A DNA stretch of 64,000 nucleotides, taken from the human T2T-CHM13v2.0 reference genome, Homo sapiens. The position numbers and the translations under genes are program-made. The stretch lies in NCBI RefSeq assembly GCF_009914755.1, contig NC_060932.1, one strand, 5' to 3'. Below the pieces are notes generated by a model. The model had not been told where the DNA came from and did no database searches. It worked only from the letters and a program-made list of their open reading frames with translations. Shown here piece by piece: positions 15,228-29,612 of this stretch. Numbering within the stretch: position 1 is the first letter of the stretch; the number at the start of each line of letters is the position of its first letter.

Positions 15228-15490
15228 ATATGCAAATGTACATAATAGGTAAATCTACAGAGACAGAAATTACATTATGCGCTGCTTGGGGCTGCAGGAC
15301 TGAGTTGATGAGGGGTGATGCCAAGGGATATGGTGTGGAGTTTCTTTGGGAAATAATGAAAATATTGCAAAATGCATTGTGGTGATGGCTGCACAAATCT
15401 ATAAAAACACCAAAAGCCATTGAACAGTTCACTTTAAATGAGTGAATTGTATGGTTTGTGAATCATATCTTGATAAAGCTGTAAAAAAGA
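15228..15490 (+). mobile_element. L1MB-type 3' end
   Basis: aaatctacagagacagaaa..ggtgatggctgcacaaatct..actttaaatgagtgaattgtatggtttgtgaatcatatct. Confidence 0.85.
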
Positions 15491-16284
15491 ATCAGCTTAT
15501 TATTTTTACTGTTCAGTAGTCAATTTGCTGAAATTTATCTTCCTGAAACCAGAGACATCATTTTGCTCATTTATCTCCAAGCTTTTGGCATCTCTTCTCT
15601 TCACCAGGGTTTCAGACTCAAAGTATAAACTAGATACAAATCACAGCATCAATACACATTTCACTCTGACTTGGCTTGATATAATAATACAGATTTAAAA
15701 ATCATTCCCAATGTTTACACTTATTTCTACTTTGCTTTTATCTGTGTCTCTGCTGTCTCATGTTATGCTCTCCTTACGCTTTCAACTGATTAGCCAAATA
15801 AGCTGTAAAGAATGGATTTGACCTGGCCAACTAATTCATGTTTTTGTTTAAGGACCCATCCTGTGACCCTAGGAAACATCACATTCCACAAAACTCCATC
15901 ACAATGGCCAAACCGTTATGCCAAATGCCAAAAGTTCTAAAGTGAAATTTAGGGCAACAGAAGAAATTGGAAAAGACATTTGGAAATACAAAGAGATTTT
16001 CGAGGATCCTGAAATCAGGGCACAGGTGCAGCTGCCAGCCCTGCCTCCTGTTCATGCTGGCTCTTGAGTGTCCCTGGTTTGTACTTCCACTGTCTGCATT
16101 AAACTTCTGGGGACCATTAAGGCTGATATTTCTCCAAGGAGCTCCTCTTCCCTAACTTGGGTGGCTAAATGGCACCTTTATATTTAGTTTGGTTTTTATC
16201 CTCTCCTTCATGGTCCTCTCCCCTACAAATTATAGATGGAAGATGTTTAAGGCCAGTGCTATGAAGAAATTAATAAGTTCAAAT

Positions 16285-16440
16285 ACAGTATCTGAGGGGG
16301 ATTGGTTCCAGAACCTCCTGCAGATACCCAAATCCAGGTATGCTCAAGTCCTGATATACAATGGTGTAGCATTTGCAATCTACTCACATTCTCTTTATAC
16401 TTTAAATCATTTCTAGATTAAATACCTAATAGAATGTAAA
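16285..16440 (+). mobile_element. MER2 (TcMar-Tigger) left part
   Basis: gggggattggttccagaacc..cagatacccaaatcc..atgctcaagtcc..tacctaatagaatgtaaa. Confidence 0.88.
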
Positions 16441-17053
16441 TGAAACCACCCTCATAGGGTTAACAAGAACTAAATGGTGGGTTCTGGGCAGAACTACAGT
16501 AATAATTAAGCATTAATCAGGCTGCACTCTGGCCCACTTCCTTGTAACTGAAAGTCAGGTAGCACTAGGTACTGACCATTTGCACCCCCATTGCTCCTGT
16601 AGATAGGATTTCGATGTTAGAATCCTAAGGCTTTTGTTTAAGAATTGATTTGCATACTTGTTCCTATAAGTAGAAACATTGACATAAGAATCACAAGGCA
16701 TTTTGTTTAAGAACTGCTTAAGAGGGTCTTTAGATCCTAAATTCCAGTGGAAAGGCTGATGCCAACCAATTTAAAGACTTCCACAGAGAAACCCAATCAG
16801 CAGGAGAGTGCAGTTTCCTCATCTTCCCATCCCATGACTTTACCTTGCACTCCTATCAGTCAGTGATCCCCATACCTCGGCCTACTGCAAACTACCTAAA
16901 ATCCCTAGCCCAAACTTTTTGGGGAGGTAGATTTGAGGTTTCCTCCCATCTCCTCGTTAGGCTGCTGTATAATAACCAAACTCTACCTCTGCTGCCATCC
17001 CCAGTGTCTCAATATATTGGCTTGCTGTACATCATGCAAGCGAGCCTATTACA
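16441..17053 (+). mobile_element. Solo ERV1-class LTR (MER4-group-like) inserted in MER2
   Basis: tgaaaccacc...attaca termini, 613 bp; degenerate 4-bp TSD taaa/taca; MER2 resumes immediately after. Confidence 0.8.
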
Positions 17054-17206
17054 TACATGCTATGTAAACAGTTGTTATACTGTATTGGTTTTTATTTTCA
17101 TTTTTTATTGTATTGTTATTTTTTGTTGTTCTTTTTCTTGAATATTTTTGATCCATGGTTGGTTGAATCTGCAGATTTGAAACCCACAGATACAGAGGAC
17201 CCACTG
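17054..17206 (+). mobile_element. MER2 right part
   Basis: atgctatgtaaacagttgttatactgtatt..gatccatggttggttgaatctgcagat..gatacagaggacccactg followed by TA. Confidence 0.88.
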
Positions 17207-17209
17207 TAA

Positions 17210-17507
<298 letters not shown>

Positions 17508-19029
17508 TTCCTTTTTCATTTATGTTACATTATTGAAACTTTTAATAAATTTTGGCATTTTTTTCTTCTCTTTGTCTAAAAGAATGATAAAAAGTCTTAA
17601 AAATTCAGACAAGACATTTATGAAGCCTTAGGGGAAAAAATAAGAAAAATACAAATGGAAAAAGCATGCTTTTTGAGAAGGTTACCAGTATTCTTCTGGA
17701 TACTTTTTTTTAATAACTAGAAGAAGGACGACAAAAAGCCATATGAATATATTGTTACATTAAGTCGGCACCACTTTCTAGTTTCTGGAAGTTTGTGGAA
17801 ATGAAGTGAACATGGATGACACCTTACAGTGAGCATCAGCCAAGAAGGGAAGTCTTGCCTCCTTGGGAGCTGAAAAAATGAAAGTGGACTCTAAGGCTTT
17901 GAAAGAGCCTTCCAATGCCCTGCCATTTACTACCACCCACTCTGTCCAGATCCAGTAATTATGGTAATTACTGTCATTGGTAATTATCAAATCATTCTTT
18001 GGGTGAAAATGGTACGATCATCCCTGGTAATCTGCTGCTGTTTAACCAAACTGCAAATGTAATCTTTAGCTAGCTTTGGTCTATCTTGGTACTCCTTTGC
18101 TTCAACATAGGCCCCATTCTCCCTCTAATGTCCTGTGGAAATGAATGCCTATCAGTTTTTCCTGGGTTTTGATGTTGTTTACTCTGGTTTTTCAATTTAA
18201 ATAGTGCACCTTTTTGCTCCATTTATCTTCTTTGTTATTTTTCAGGTGGATCATCAGAAACTTCCCTAAGAGATTTACTCCTAACTCAAACTGTAGAATC
18301 TAGAACTATATATCCTCTCCTAGTGCCCAGTATTTTAATGGGGTCCTCTTGCAGCACTGCTGTGATAATATATTCTCATGTCATACTTACCATCTCAGGA
18401 AATGACTGCACCCCTGACTCACATCAAGCTCATGGTCCACCACGCCTGCCCTCTGGTCTTTCTCTCTCTCACTTGCATGTAACTCCTTCTGTCAATTGAC
18501 AAAGTTAGGTTTGACTTTATAAGAAGAACCTTTTCTTTGTTTCCCTTGCCCTTTTGCAGGTTTCCAGGGAGGCACAAGTGTCAGCTGTCAAGGCAGTTTT
18601 TAATTATTGACTCATCAGGCTTGGCCTTCCCAGGGGAAAGGGAAACTGCTATTTCGCATTTGTGCTACGGAGGGCAATGACTAAGATATGATAAATAAAT
18701 AACAGTGCATGATGGATATCTGATCCTCTGCAAGCCACAAGAGAACACTTCTGTCAAAGCAGCCATGCTTCTGTCTCCTTTTAACAAGGCATCGTCCTTT
18801 AGCAGCCACAGCTGCCACTGTGAAACAATGAGCATGTGCTCAGAGCACCCATTTTTTCTATGCTTAGAAAAAGAGGGTGGCAACCTTCATAAATCCTACA
18901 TTGTAGGGCTTGTCTATTTCATCCTTCCTCTGCCCTGCTTTAAAGGAAGAAGAATGGAAATGAGATTTCCTCCCTGAAGACCTAGATGCATGACCTTGCT
19001 ACATCATTGTAGGACTCTTAGCAATCCAC

Positions 19030-19135
19030 TGTCTTTCCGTTCTTCAGTTTCCTTATCTATAAAATTGAGATATCACTTCACTCTGCCTATACTACATCAT
19101 TACTCTGAGACCCTGTGGAAATAATATGTATAAAA
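19030..19135 (+). mobile_element. MIR core fragment
   Basis: ttcagtttccttatctataaaattgagata. Confidence 0.65.
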
Positions 19136-19145
19136 ATATAAAAAG

Positions 19146-19315
19146 AAGGGGGCCAGGGGCTGAAAACTTTCTATTGGGTACTATGTCCACTATCTGGGTG
19201 ATGGGATCGATAGAGGCCTGAACCTCCGCATCACACAGTATACCCTTGTAACAAACTTGCACATGTACCCACTGAATTTATAATAAAAATGGAAATTTAA
19301 ACAATTAAAAATAAA
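19146..19315 (+). mobile_element. Short L1PA15/16-like 3' end
   Basis: ctattgggtactatgtccactatctgggtgatgggatc..gtaacaaacttgcacatgtaccc. Confidence 0.88.
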
Positions 19316-20697
19316 TATATATGTAATAATATACATTTTATTTGAATTATTAGCTGTTTTCTTCTCTTTCCCTATTTCACTTTTTTTAAGCTCTGCGAAA
19401 GCTGAGGCTTTCTTTTGCTCACTGCGTGCCTGACACATGGTGAGCACTCATTCAATATTTAAGGAATAAATGCATTAGGCAATGAAGAAATGAGTTATGT
19501 ATCTACCATGCAGCTACTGTGGCTGCTATTGGGTCATAGGAAAGTGCGTAAAATAGGCATAACCTCTGCCTTTGTGAGATTTATAATTTCACTGGAAACA
19601 TAGAATGCTTCTAATAAAGACATCAACTTTCCCTTAAATTAGACAGGACTGGAAGAAACAGGGATGAAGAAAAAAAATAAGTGAAAATTTGAAGCTGTCA
19701 AGTTTATCTTTAGGATCCAGCTTTTTTCTTGTTGGTCTATATCTCCCTTCTGTTGACTTTCTTCTGCTCTACTCTCCTCATTCCGTTTGCCCCCTTACGG
19801 CCAATTCTGGTTTTCTCCTATTTGCAAACTCTTCTTATGAAAATATATAGGTGATTTTTATAGCATTAATGCATCTCCCTTTGGGATTTTCTATGTAGAT
19901 GATTATGTCATCTGAAAATAAAGAAAATTTTTTTTCATTTTTAGTACATATGCCTTTTTTTCCCCCTAGCTTGTCTTATTGCATTGGCTAAATAGCCAGT
20001 ATAAAAGCTTTCTTCGATTCCTAGTTTTGCTAAGAGTTTTTCCTGCAATAGTGCTGCATTGTGCCAACTTTTATTCTGCATCTAATGAGATGCCCATATT
20101 ATTTTTCTTTTCTGTTAATATGTCAAATTACATTGATTGTCTTTTCATTGCTAAACCAACTTTGCTTTTCTAAAATATGTCCCACGACCCATAATATTTC
20201 CTCAACTTTTATATATATATTGCTGGATTTAACTTGCAATTTTTTAAATTTTGGCGACTATGTTCATGAGGGATATTTGTGTGCAGTATATTTATTTTGG
20301 AAATATCTTTGTCCATCTTTGATATTAGTATTTTGATGATCCAATAAAACAACTTGGTGTTTTCTACTCTACTTTCTCAGTATTTATGTAAGATTGGTAG
20401 TTTAACATTCTTAAACATGTAGTAAAAGTCACCACTAAAGCAACCTGGACCTGGAATTTTCTTTATGGGAAGATTTTTGATAAATAATTGAATTATTTTA
20501 AAGAACATATGAGTCTTTATATTTTGTTAATCTTTTTTCAGTTTTTGATAAGTTTTTAATTTCATGGAATTTAGTCATTTTGTCTGAGTTGCCAAATTTA
20601 GGGGCGTATAATTGTTCATAACATTCCCTTAGTATATTTTAATATCTGTGCATCTATGCTGTCATGACAATAAAGGACAAAATTCTGTTATTTTCTC

Positions 20698-21000
20698 TAT
20701 TATTTATTTATTATTTGTTTATTGTGACAGGGTCTCACCCTGTCACCTAAGGTGGGGGCAGTGGTGCAATCATGGCTCACTGCAGATGACCTCCTGGCTT
20801 CAGGCCATCCTCCCATCTTAGCCTCCCAAGCAGCTGGGACTACAGGTGTGCACCACCACATCCGGCTAATTTTTTACTTTTTTGTAGAGATGAGGGTCTC
20901 ACTACATTGCCCAGGATGGTCTTGAATGCCTGGCCTCACCCATCTTCCTGTCTCAGCCTCCCAAAGTGCTTGAATTACAGGTGTCAGCCACTGTACCGGT
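20698..21000 (-). mobile_element. AluJ-type
   Basis: gacagggtctcaccctgtcacc..atcatggctcactgcag.. Confidence 0.93.
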
Positions 21001-23461
21001 AGTTTTTTGTTTTTTATTTCATGGATATCTACTCTAATCTTTAACTTCCTTATTTTTGATAACTTTGGTTTTACTTTGCTCTTCTTCTAAGTTCGTCAAG
21101 TATACCTATGGATCTTTGATATTAGACATTTTCAGTTTTCAAATATAATAAACATTTAATGCTATAAAGTTTCCTGTAGATTTTATTCATTTTGATTTTT
21201 ATATTTTCATTGTAATTTGGTAAAATTAATTTAAATATCTCTTGTAATTTATTCTTTGGTCTATTGAGGACTTACAGATATCTTATTGTTACTAATTTAT
21301 CATTTAATTTCATCGTGATTAGAAGATATAGTCTGCAAAATTTCACTCCGTTAGCATATTGAAATATTCAAACATTTTTGCCATATTGAAACTTCTTTTA
21401 TAGCCTAGAACATGGTTTATTTTGGTAAGCATACTAAGTACACTGAAGTAGAATATGTATTCTGGTATAATGTTCTATAAATAATAATTAGTTAAAAGAA
21501 GTGCCTAGTGTTGTTCAGGGCACTTATGGCCTGACTGATTCTGTGTCCAGTTCTATCAGTTACTGAGAGATGAATGTTAAAATTTCCAAGGAAATACATG
21601 GATTTTTCTGTTTCTTTTATCAGTTGAATCAATATTCACAGAACTATTTTGAAACTCTGTTATTAGCCATATACGTATTTCTGATTAGTATAGATTCCTG
21701 AAGGACTGAACATTTCATCATTATGAAGTGTCCTTTTTTTTAATCTCTTGTAATAGTCTTTGTCTTAAGTCTATCTTATATTAAGATAGCCACTCCAGCT
21801 TTCTTATGGTTATTGCTAACAAAGCATATATCTTCCATTCTTTATTTTAAACTCTCATTTTCTTCACATTTAAGTGTGTTGTGTGCTGCTGTTGTATTAG
21901 AATTGAGTCATGGTTCTTTTTCAACTCTAATAACATCATCCTTTAATTACAATGTTTAGTCCATCTCCATGCAGTGTAATTACTGATAACAATTGAGATA
22001 TAGCTAGAAGTTTCTATTTGTTTTCTGTGTTTCCAATTTTTTTATTCCCCATTCCTATTTCTTGCACTTTTTTTTGTTAATTCAATATATTTTAGGATTC
22101 TACTGTAATTTATCTAATGACTTTTAATCTATCCTTTTTTCTATTGCTTTTAGTGAGCTTGATGTACAGACTAAAATCCAAATCATTAACTTTTCAAACT
22201 ACTTAGAGTTACAATTATCCAACATCATATAAAAGAATCTTGCAATTGTGCTTTTGTTCTTTTTAATGTAATTTTTCATGATTTACCTCAACATACATTA
22301 CAAACTCCCAAATAAAACTTATAAATTTTGCTTTAAGAAGCCATTTAAATTATACAAAAATAATATAGAGAAATATGTCTTATAAAATTGTATATAAATT
22401 TTTATATAATCATACAGGAAATAAGATAAAAATTAAGCTCATATTTATATGCATATTTATCATTGCCATATCCCTCATTTCTCTCTGAAGATTCAAATTT
22501 CCATCTAGAATTATTTCCCTCAGTGTAAATAATTGCTTTTACATTTCTTTTGGTACACATCAGTTTAGAAACAAGTCTTTTCATTTTTTATTTATCTAAA
22601 AATATCTTTTTTTGGCCTTCATTCTTGACTTATACTTTCAAGATATAGAACTCAGAATCGGCAGGCCTGGGTTTTCCCCTTTCAACAGTTTATGTATCAT
22701 GTTTGCCTAGTTTCCAGGTTCCCTTGTTCTGAACAGAAGTCAATATTATTCATTTAATATAATGTGCCATTTTTTTTTTTGCTTTCTAGATTTTTTCTTT
22801 TTCTTTTGTCCTCAGCAGTTTTACTATGATATACCTAGGTGTGGTTCCTTTGTATTTATTCTGTGTGGAGCTATTTGTGCTTCTTAAATCTGTAAGCTTA
22901 TACCTTTCATTTATTTGTGGATTTTTCAGACATTACTTCTTCAAATGTATTCTTTGCCTGTTCTCTTTCTTCTCTCCTTTTAGAATTATTACATTTTAAA
23001 CTTATTCCATTTTTTAAATTACATTTTTTGTAAGTCATTTGGTATTGCCAAACATAATTCTGTCTTCAATGTTTTTTTTATTTCTCTTCTTCACAATGAA
23101 CATTATGTTAATCAGTTTTAAAGTTTTTTGGTTATTTCTTCCCTCATCTCTAGTCTTCTGTTGAAGCCATTCAATAAAATATTCTTTATTTTAAACATTT
23201 TAGTTCTCAGTTTTAAGATATTCATTTGACACTTGTTTATAATATTTATTTTTCTATGGATATTTTATTATCTGTTCCTTCATTATAAGCATATATTTCT
23301 TTCATACTTTAATACAGTTAAAATAGCTGCTCTAAAACACTTGTATGCTAATTCCAATACAAGGATACCAACACCTCTAGGTAGTTTTCAATTGATTGTT
23401 TCTCCTCTTGATTATGGTTCAACTACACTAGTTTCTTAATATGTCTAAATTTCTAAAAAAA

Positions 23462-23729
23462 ATTTTATTGATACATAATATTCACACATATTTAATGGGT
23501 ACATATGATATTTTGATACATGCATAAAATGTGTAGGAATCAAGTCAAGGTATTTAGGAATCCGTAACTTCAATGATTTATCATTTCTTTGTGTTTGGAA
23601 CATTTCAATTCTTCTCTTCCAGCTGTTTTGAAATGTAAACTATATTTTTGCTAACTCTACTGTGCTTTAGAACACTAGAACTTATTCCTTCTCTCTAACT
23701 GTATGTTTGTACCATCTACCCCTCAGCAT

Positions 23730-23771
<42 letters not shown>

Positions 23772-23950
23772 CCTTCCCAGACTCTAATAACTATCATTCT
23801 ATTCTCTATCTCCATGAGATAAACTTTTTTAGCTTGCACATATGAGTGAGAACATGCAATATTTGTCTTTCTGTGCCTGGCTTACTTTATTCAATGATCT
23901 CCAGTTCAATCCATGTTGCTGCAAATGATATTTCATTCTTTTTTATGGCC
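23462..23950 (-). mobile_element. L1MA-type 3' end
   Basis: ttttattgatacataata..gggtacatatgatattttgatacatgcata..catatgagtgagaacatgcaatatttgtctttctgtgcctgg. Confidence 0.9.
23731..23768. repeat. (CA)19 microsatellite
   Basis: Directly visible. Confidence 0.97.
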
Positions 23951-24586
23951 AAAGACTATTACTTTTTATTGCATACTTCACTTTGTTGACAACACATTGT
24001 AGAGTCTGAATTCAGTTAATCTCCTCTGAACAGCAGTGGTTTATTCTAGCAGCGACTGAAATTACTGACTGATCACTTGGTTTTCGCATCTTGCTCTGTA
24101 TTTGGGGTGGGGGAACCTATTTCAGCTTTGTCTTCCGTGTTAGCCATATGCTTAGTCCTAGGATGTAGTGATTACTTTTAAGGTATGATCCTCCTGGGCT
24201 TCCGTTAAGAAAACTAAAAACTAAAGTGTCCTTAACAAATCAAATCTTCTGACTTGATAGGATCCCAACATCAAATTCTGTCTCTCACGCAGAGGTCCTT
24301 AACTGAAATATCTTTTTAGACCTCCAGTTTGTTGCTTATTGGTGGGCGGTTTGGAGCCTCACACATACATTCACAGTTTGTGGGTCAAATACTTGAGGAG
24401 AATTTAGACACAAATTTGGGTACTCATCTCCTAATCAATTTATCTTTTCCAGAATCCTCACCCCTAATTTTCAGTTGCTCTGACAGCTTTAAACTCAGTT
24501 TTCTCACTCCTCAAGGTGACAATCCTGAAGTTCTTAGCTTAGGTTCTAATTGTCCTGCACCAACCCTACTGCAGAATGAGCAGTAA

Positions 24587-25091
<505 letters not shown>

Positions 25092-25186
25092 GTGTTTGTC
25101 TTCTTTCAAGGGCTGAATCTTCTCAAATTCTGCTGGCTTTTGGTCATTCCTCAGTGTGATCAAATAATTGTATGTAACTGTGTAAG

Positions 25187-25268
25187 CACACGTGTGTGTG
25201 TGCGTGTATTTGTGTGTGTGTATATATATACACGTATATAAATATATATATACACGTGTGTATATATA
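25187..25268. repeat. (TG)n/(TA)n mixed alternating purine-pyrimidine repeat
   Basis: Directly visible. Confidence 0.85.
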
Positions 25269-26916
25269 GTTACATATAGTTTTTAATTGTTATAAACTGC
25301 TCCACACTTTCTGAAACTGGAATTGGGTGAGAGATTTTTGTTTGGTTGTTTCGTTTTGTTTGAGTTCTCCCTCTGCCTACCTGACCTATCCTATCACTAG
25401 GTTTTTCTTCATCTCTTAAGAAAACATTTCAGCTTTGTCATTATAACTAATCATTTGCAGCTATCTTTGCAAGTTTAAAACTGGACCTTTTCTGTGTCAA
25501 TGAAGAGAAATAGGTTAAGATAATAAATTGAGCAAATATGAATCAAAAGTGTGATTGAATAGGACTTCGTATCTCTCTGTTCTCACAGACTGAGCATAAA
25601 ATAAACATGTTTATGAAGCAGGAACAATTATATCCTCTGGTTTTAGGACTATAAAGGGATTTTTACATCTATTAATTAAATATTATCGGCACAAATATTA
25701 AAACATTCATGGGACAATAGACAATATCTTCCCTTGTGCATTTTTTTCATATTTTTCTCCCTTCTGTAAATTAGTTTATTCAACAAAGTTTTGCTGAACA
25801 TATATATTTAGGTAATGGAGATTAAGCATTTTTTAAAAAAATTCTTCAGAGGTCATAATGTAGCAGAAGAGAAAGATCATTCTTTTTCTGGTTGTATTTT
25901 GCCTTATAACATCTATTTAATTTTTGTCTTGTCTAATAAAGTGTTTCAGAATTGTTTGGGGGCTAGCTGGATTAATTTACAAATAGCCTATGTAATTCTT
26001 ATAGAGCGAAAGTACATGCTTCAGCCCAATTAGTACTCTTAACACAAGACTTTTAAAACAAATAAGTAAAAGAAAAAAAACCACCACCTTGTTAGAGGCA
26101 TTAGAATAAAGGAACGGTTGAAAGTCAAGCTAATCATCCCCTAATTTTCTACTCTTGTACCAGGGGTAGAATAATCTCATGGTATGAACATTCTGCTCTT
26201 GCGAAGTCTGTATCTTAGAGAAGATATGATGCTTGATAAAACTCCTGAATTTTACATGGTTCGGCCACGGGCAGAGTTGGGTTTTCAGGGAAGCTTCTGT
26301 GTAGGGTGGAATTAATAATGCTCACACAAGCTCCAGTGAATAACGATGGCTTCACTGCTGTATATGCCCTTTAGAAGTCTCCACACACATGTATTCATCA
26401 AGTGCCTATCTGTTAAAACAGGGTCAGCTTATTCCTCCCCTCTAAGACACCTAAAAAAACAGACTCCCTGGTTTCTGTCCTCTGAAGTGGAGATTAATTT
26501 CACTAAGGATTAAATAAGTTTAATATATCAAATTATTTTTTTCAGATTAATCTAGTTAGCTGGTAGAAATTTGTTTTCAGAACAATACATATGGATTGTT
26601 CTCTTCTTCCTATTTGTATGGAAAAACCCCTTTTAAATACTAAAAATTATTATTAGAAGTCCTGTTTTATCTGTTTTATCTCTGGACACTGTATTTATTC
26701 AAAGATTACTTCTCAAACCCCAAAGTCAAAAAACCAGCCCTTTAAAGTTTTACTTGATATTTCTTAGACATGATGTCATTTTTTTACCAGATCTTAATGA
26801 AGTTGTGAACTGCTTATAAAAATCTGGGGCTTTTATTGGGGTTCACCCCAAAGCCTCATCAAATTTTAACATCTAACAAATGCTCAATAAAAAGTCATTG
26901 TTTAATCCCAGAATAG

Positions 26917-27278
<362 letters not shown>

Positions 27279-28659
27279 TTCTATATCTCTTTCTAAAAGG
27301 GCGCAGCCCCTTGCTGGGAGTTTTTGTAAAGGTGAAGTGCTAGGTTCATGATGGAGATATGCTTCCTTCTTTAAGACAAATTTGAGAAATTTGAGAAAGA
27401 AACTTATCAGATTTTAGGAAAAGGATAAACCAACCAATTTGAGGTAGGAGGTGAAAGACTAATGATAACTCAATATGAATCCTAAAATTATATGTCGAGG
27501 AAAAAATAAGACATTTAAGGAGAAACGAGGCTACTGCACCTGGAAAGGGGCCCAGATGCTCCCTCTCAACTCAATCTTTGAACACTGACTCTGTGTATTT
27601 ACTAAGCATCCCTTAGAAGGGAAAACAAACAAGGCTGGCAGGTCTTTTCTTGATTCTAGTTCATCCATCAGGAGTGGACCTTCCTTGGGCTCTGGCTCAC
27701 GACTGGGATTTCTATCCCAACAGAAGTGAACACCCCTCTAAACAGCATTTCACATAATCTAGCTCATTAAGCACTCAAGGCAATCAGAAGGTTAAATTAC
27801 ACAGAACAAACACCAGTGACTTGTGTACATGTAGTAGGAGGAAGAGGTGTCCCTGGAGGGCAGAGAGTGGCAGGGCTGGTAATTTTATGAATTGTATCGT
27901 TAACAAAATATATTTTATTCTATTTGATGCTGACTTTGGGAAGTTCCTGTGTGATGATTACATTTTTAAGCAGACAATTTTTTTATGACTTTACCCAAGG
28001 CTAAAGAGAAATCTAATACAAAATTCAAAAAGACTTAGCTGAAATGCCCATTAAAATTTTAGTTGTGTCCTTTTAGGAGTTTTTAAGAGCTAAAAATTCA
28101 AAGCTGCCCAAAACAGAAAAAGAGGTAACTTTAACTATTGCATAACTCAGAGTGGGAAGCTTACAAACAAAAGTATGATCGTTCTATATTTTTAATTTAA
28201 AAATTTTAGAAACTCTTATTTTCCTGGTTCTTAATATTTAAGGAAAGTTTGTGTATAGAGACAACTATCTTATTATTGACAACTGGAATTTTTTTCAAGT
28301 TAATGAAAGACAAGTTATTATCTTTTCTGATATCTTACAAACCTAGAAGAGTGCTTTGCCATAAGTTAATTAATTATGAAGTTTTAAATCTACATAATTA
28401 CAGCTTTGTTGACATCAGTACCTTCTATTTTTCAGAATAGTGCAGAAAGGTGTATACTAAACAACATTTGGAAGAAGAAAAACCTGGCATCATTCTGAGA
28501 AAGTATTTTCTCTAACTCTGAGCATGCAGTTAATTCTATGGATAAACTGAAAGGAACAGGATGGATATTGGACAGCTTCCCTGCTTTTCTAGAATCAAAT
28601 GCAAAACTATTGTTTTAATTCAAATCAATTATCAAACTGTGCCACATTATTCTTCTTAT

Positions 28660-28785
28660 TTTTAATCCAACGTTTAAGGAGAACCTTCTGTGAGCAAGAT
28701 CATTCTCTGGGCATAAGGTATATTCAAAGATAACTAAGATAGTCTCTCTCTCTCTCTCAGAGAGCTCGTAATGTGTACAGGAAAT
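28660..28785 (-). mobile_element. L2 3' fragment
   Basis: caacgtttaaggagaaccttctgtgagcaagatcattctctgggc..aagatagtctct..agagctc. Confidence 0.5.
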
Positions 28786-28884
28786 AAATTACATTTGTTG
28801 GCAAAAACCTATAGCATCCCATGGAATAAAATGTGACACAGGCAAATTGCAAAACTCACAGAGTTCCTGGTAGAAAGACAAGTG

Positions 28885-29135
28885 TTAATGTTAAAGCTAA
28901 GAGTATGAGCTCTAGATTGAAAATGGCTGCGTTCAAATACTAACTCGGCCAACATGTTGTTTGACTTTGGGGAAACTATTTAACTTCTCTTGCTTTAATT
29001 TCCTTACCTGTAAAATTTGGGAATAACAGTTTTACCTCAATGGACTGGTGTGAGGATTAAAGGAGATGGTAAACGTAAAACTCTTCATCTAGAGCCTGGC
29101 ATGTTCTAAATCTTCAATAAATCATGTCTATTTCA
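28885..29135 (+). mobile_element. MIR, near full length
   Basis: gttcaaatac..tgactttggggaaactatttaacttctct..tccttacctgtaaaat..gtgtgaggattaaaggagat..gagcctggcatg..caataaat. Confidence 0.88.
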
Positions 29136-29329
29136 ATTATTAAACACCTAAAATTGTCTCATTACTCACACTTCAGATCCATCTTCCATTAGTTAGAAAA
29201 ATTAACAGGTGACTATAATGTATATTCATTCTAAATGTGTGAATAGAAGTAAAAAATCTCTTCATGAATGGAATTTAGTGAGAGGGAGACAGAAAATAGA
29301 TTAGATGGATCTCCAAGGTGGAAACAGTA

Positions 29330-29612
29330 CATATAATTGCTCTAAGTATGTTTAAAATATTGAAGAAAACCAGCAAGAAGGTAAGTACGGCTGCAGCAGA
29401 ATTGGCAATGAGAGGTAGTAAGAGATGAGATTTGAGAGGCAATGGATGAGGCTGATAGAATATGACTTTCTAGGCTCTTGAAAGGTCTTCAATTTTCCTT
29501 TGAATAGAATAGGAAGCCATTACAGGGTTTGCAGCCAAGAATTGACAAGATCAGACTTACATTGCAACAGGGCCATTCTGGTTGCATGTCAGAATCAATC
29601 CAGATTTGGCAA
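29330..29612 (-). mobile_element. L2 fragment, cut off at the SVA junction
   Basis: cagcaagaagg..ggctgcagcaga..gaggtagtaagagatgag..ggaagccattacagggttt..gatcagacttacatt..cattctggttgc. Confidence 0.7.

Noticed and set aside
26225-26250. C/D-box-like atgatg..ctga
   Set aside because: The spacing is far too short for a snoRNA and there is no terminal stem.
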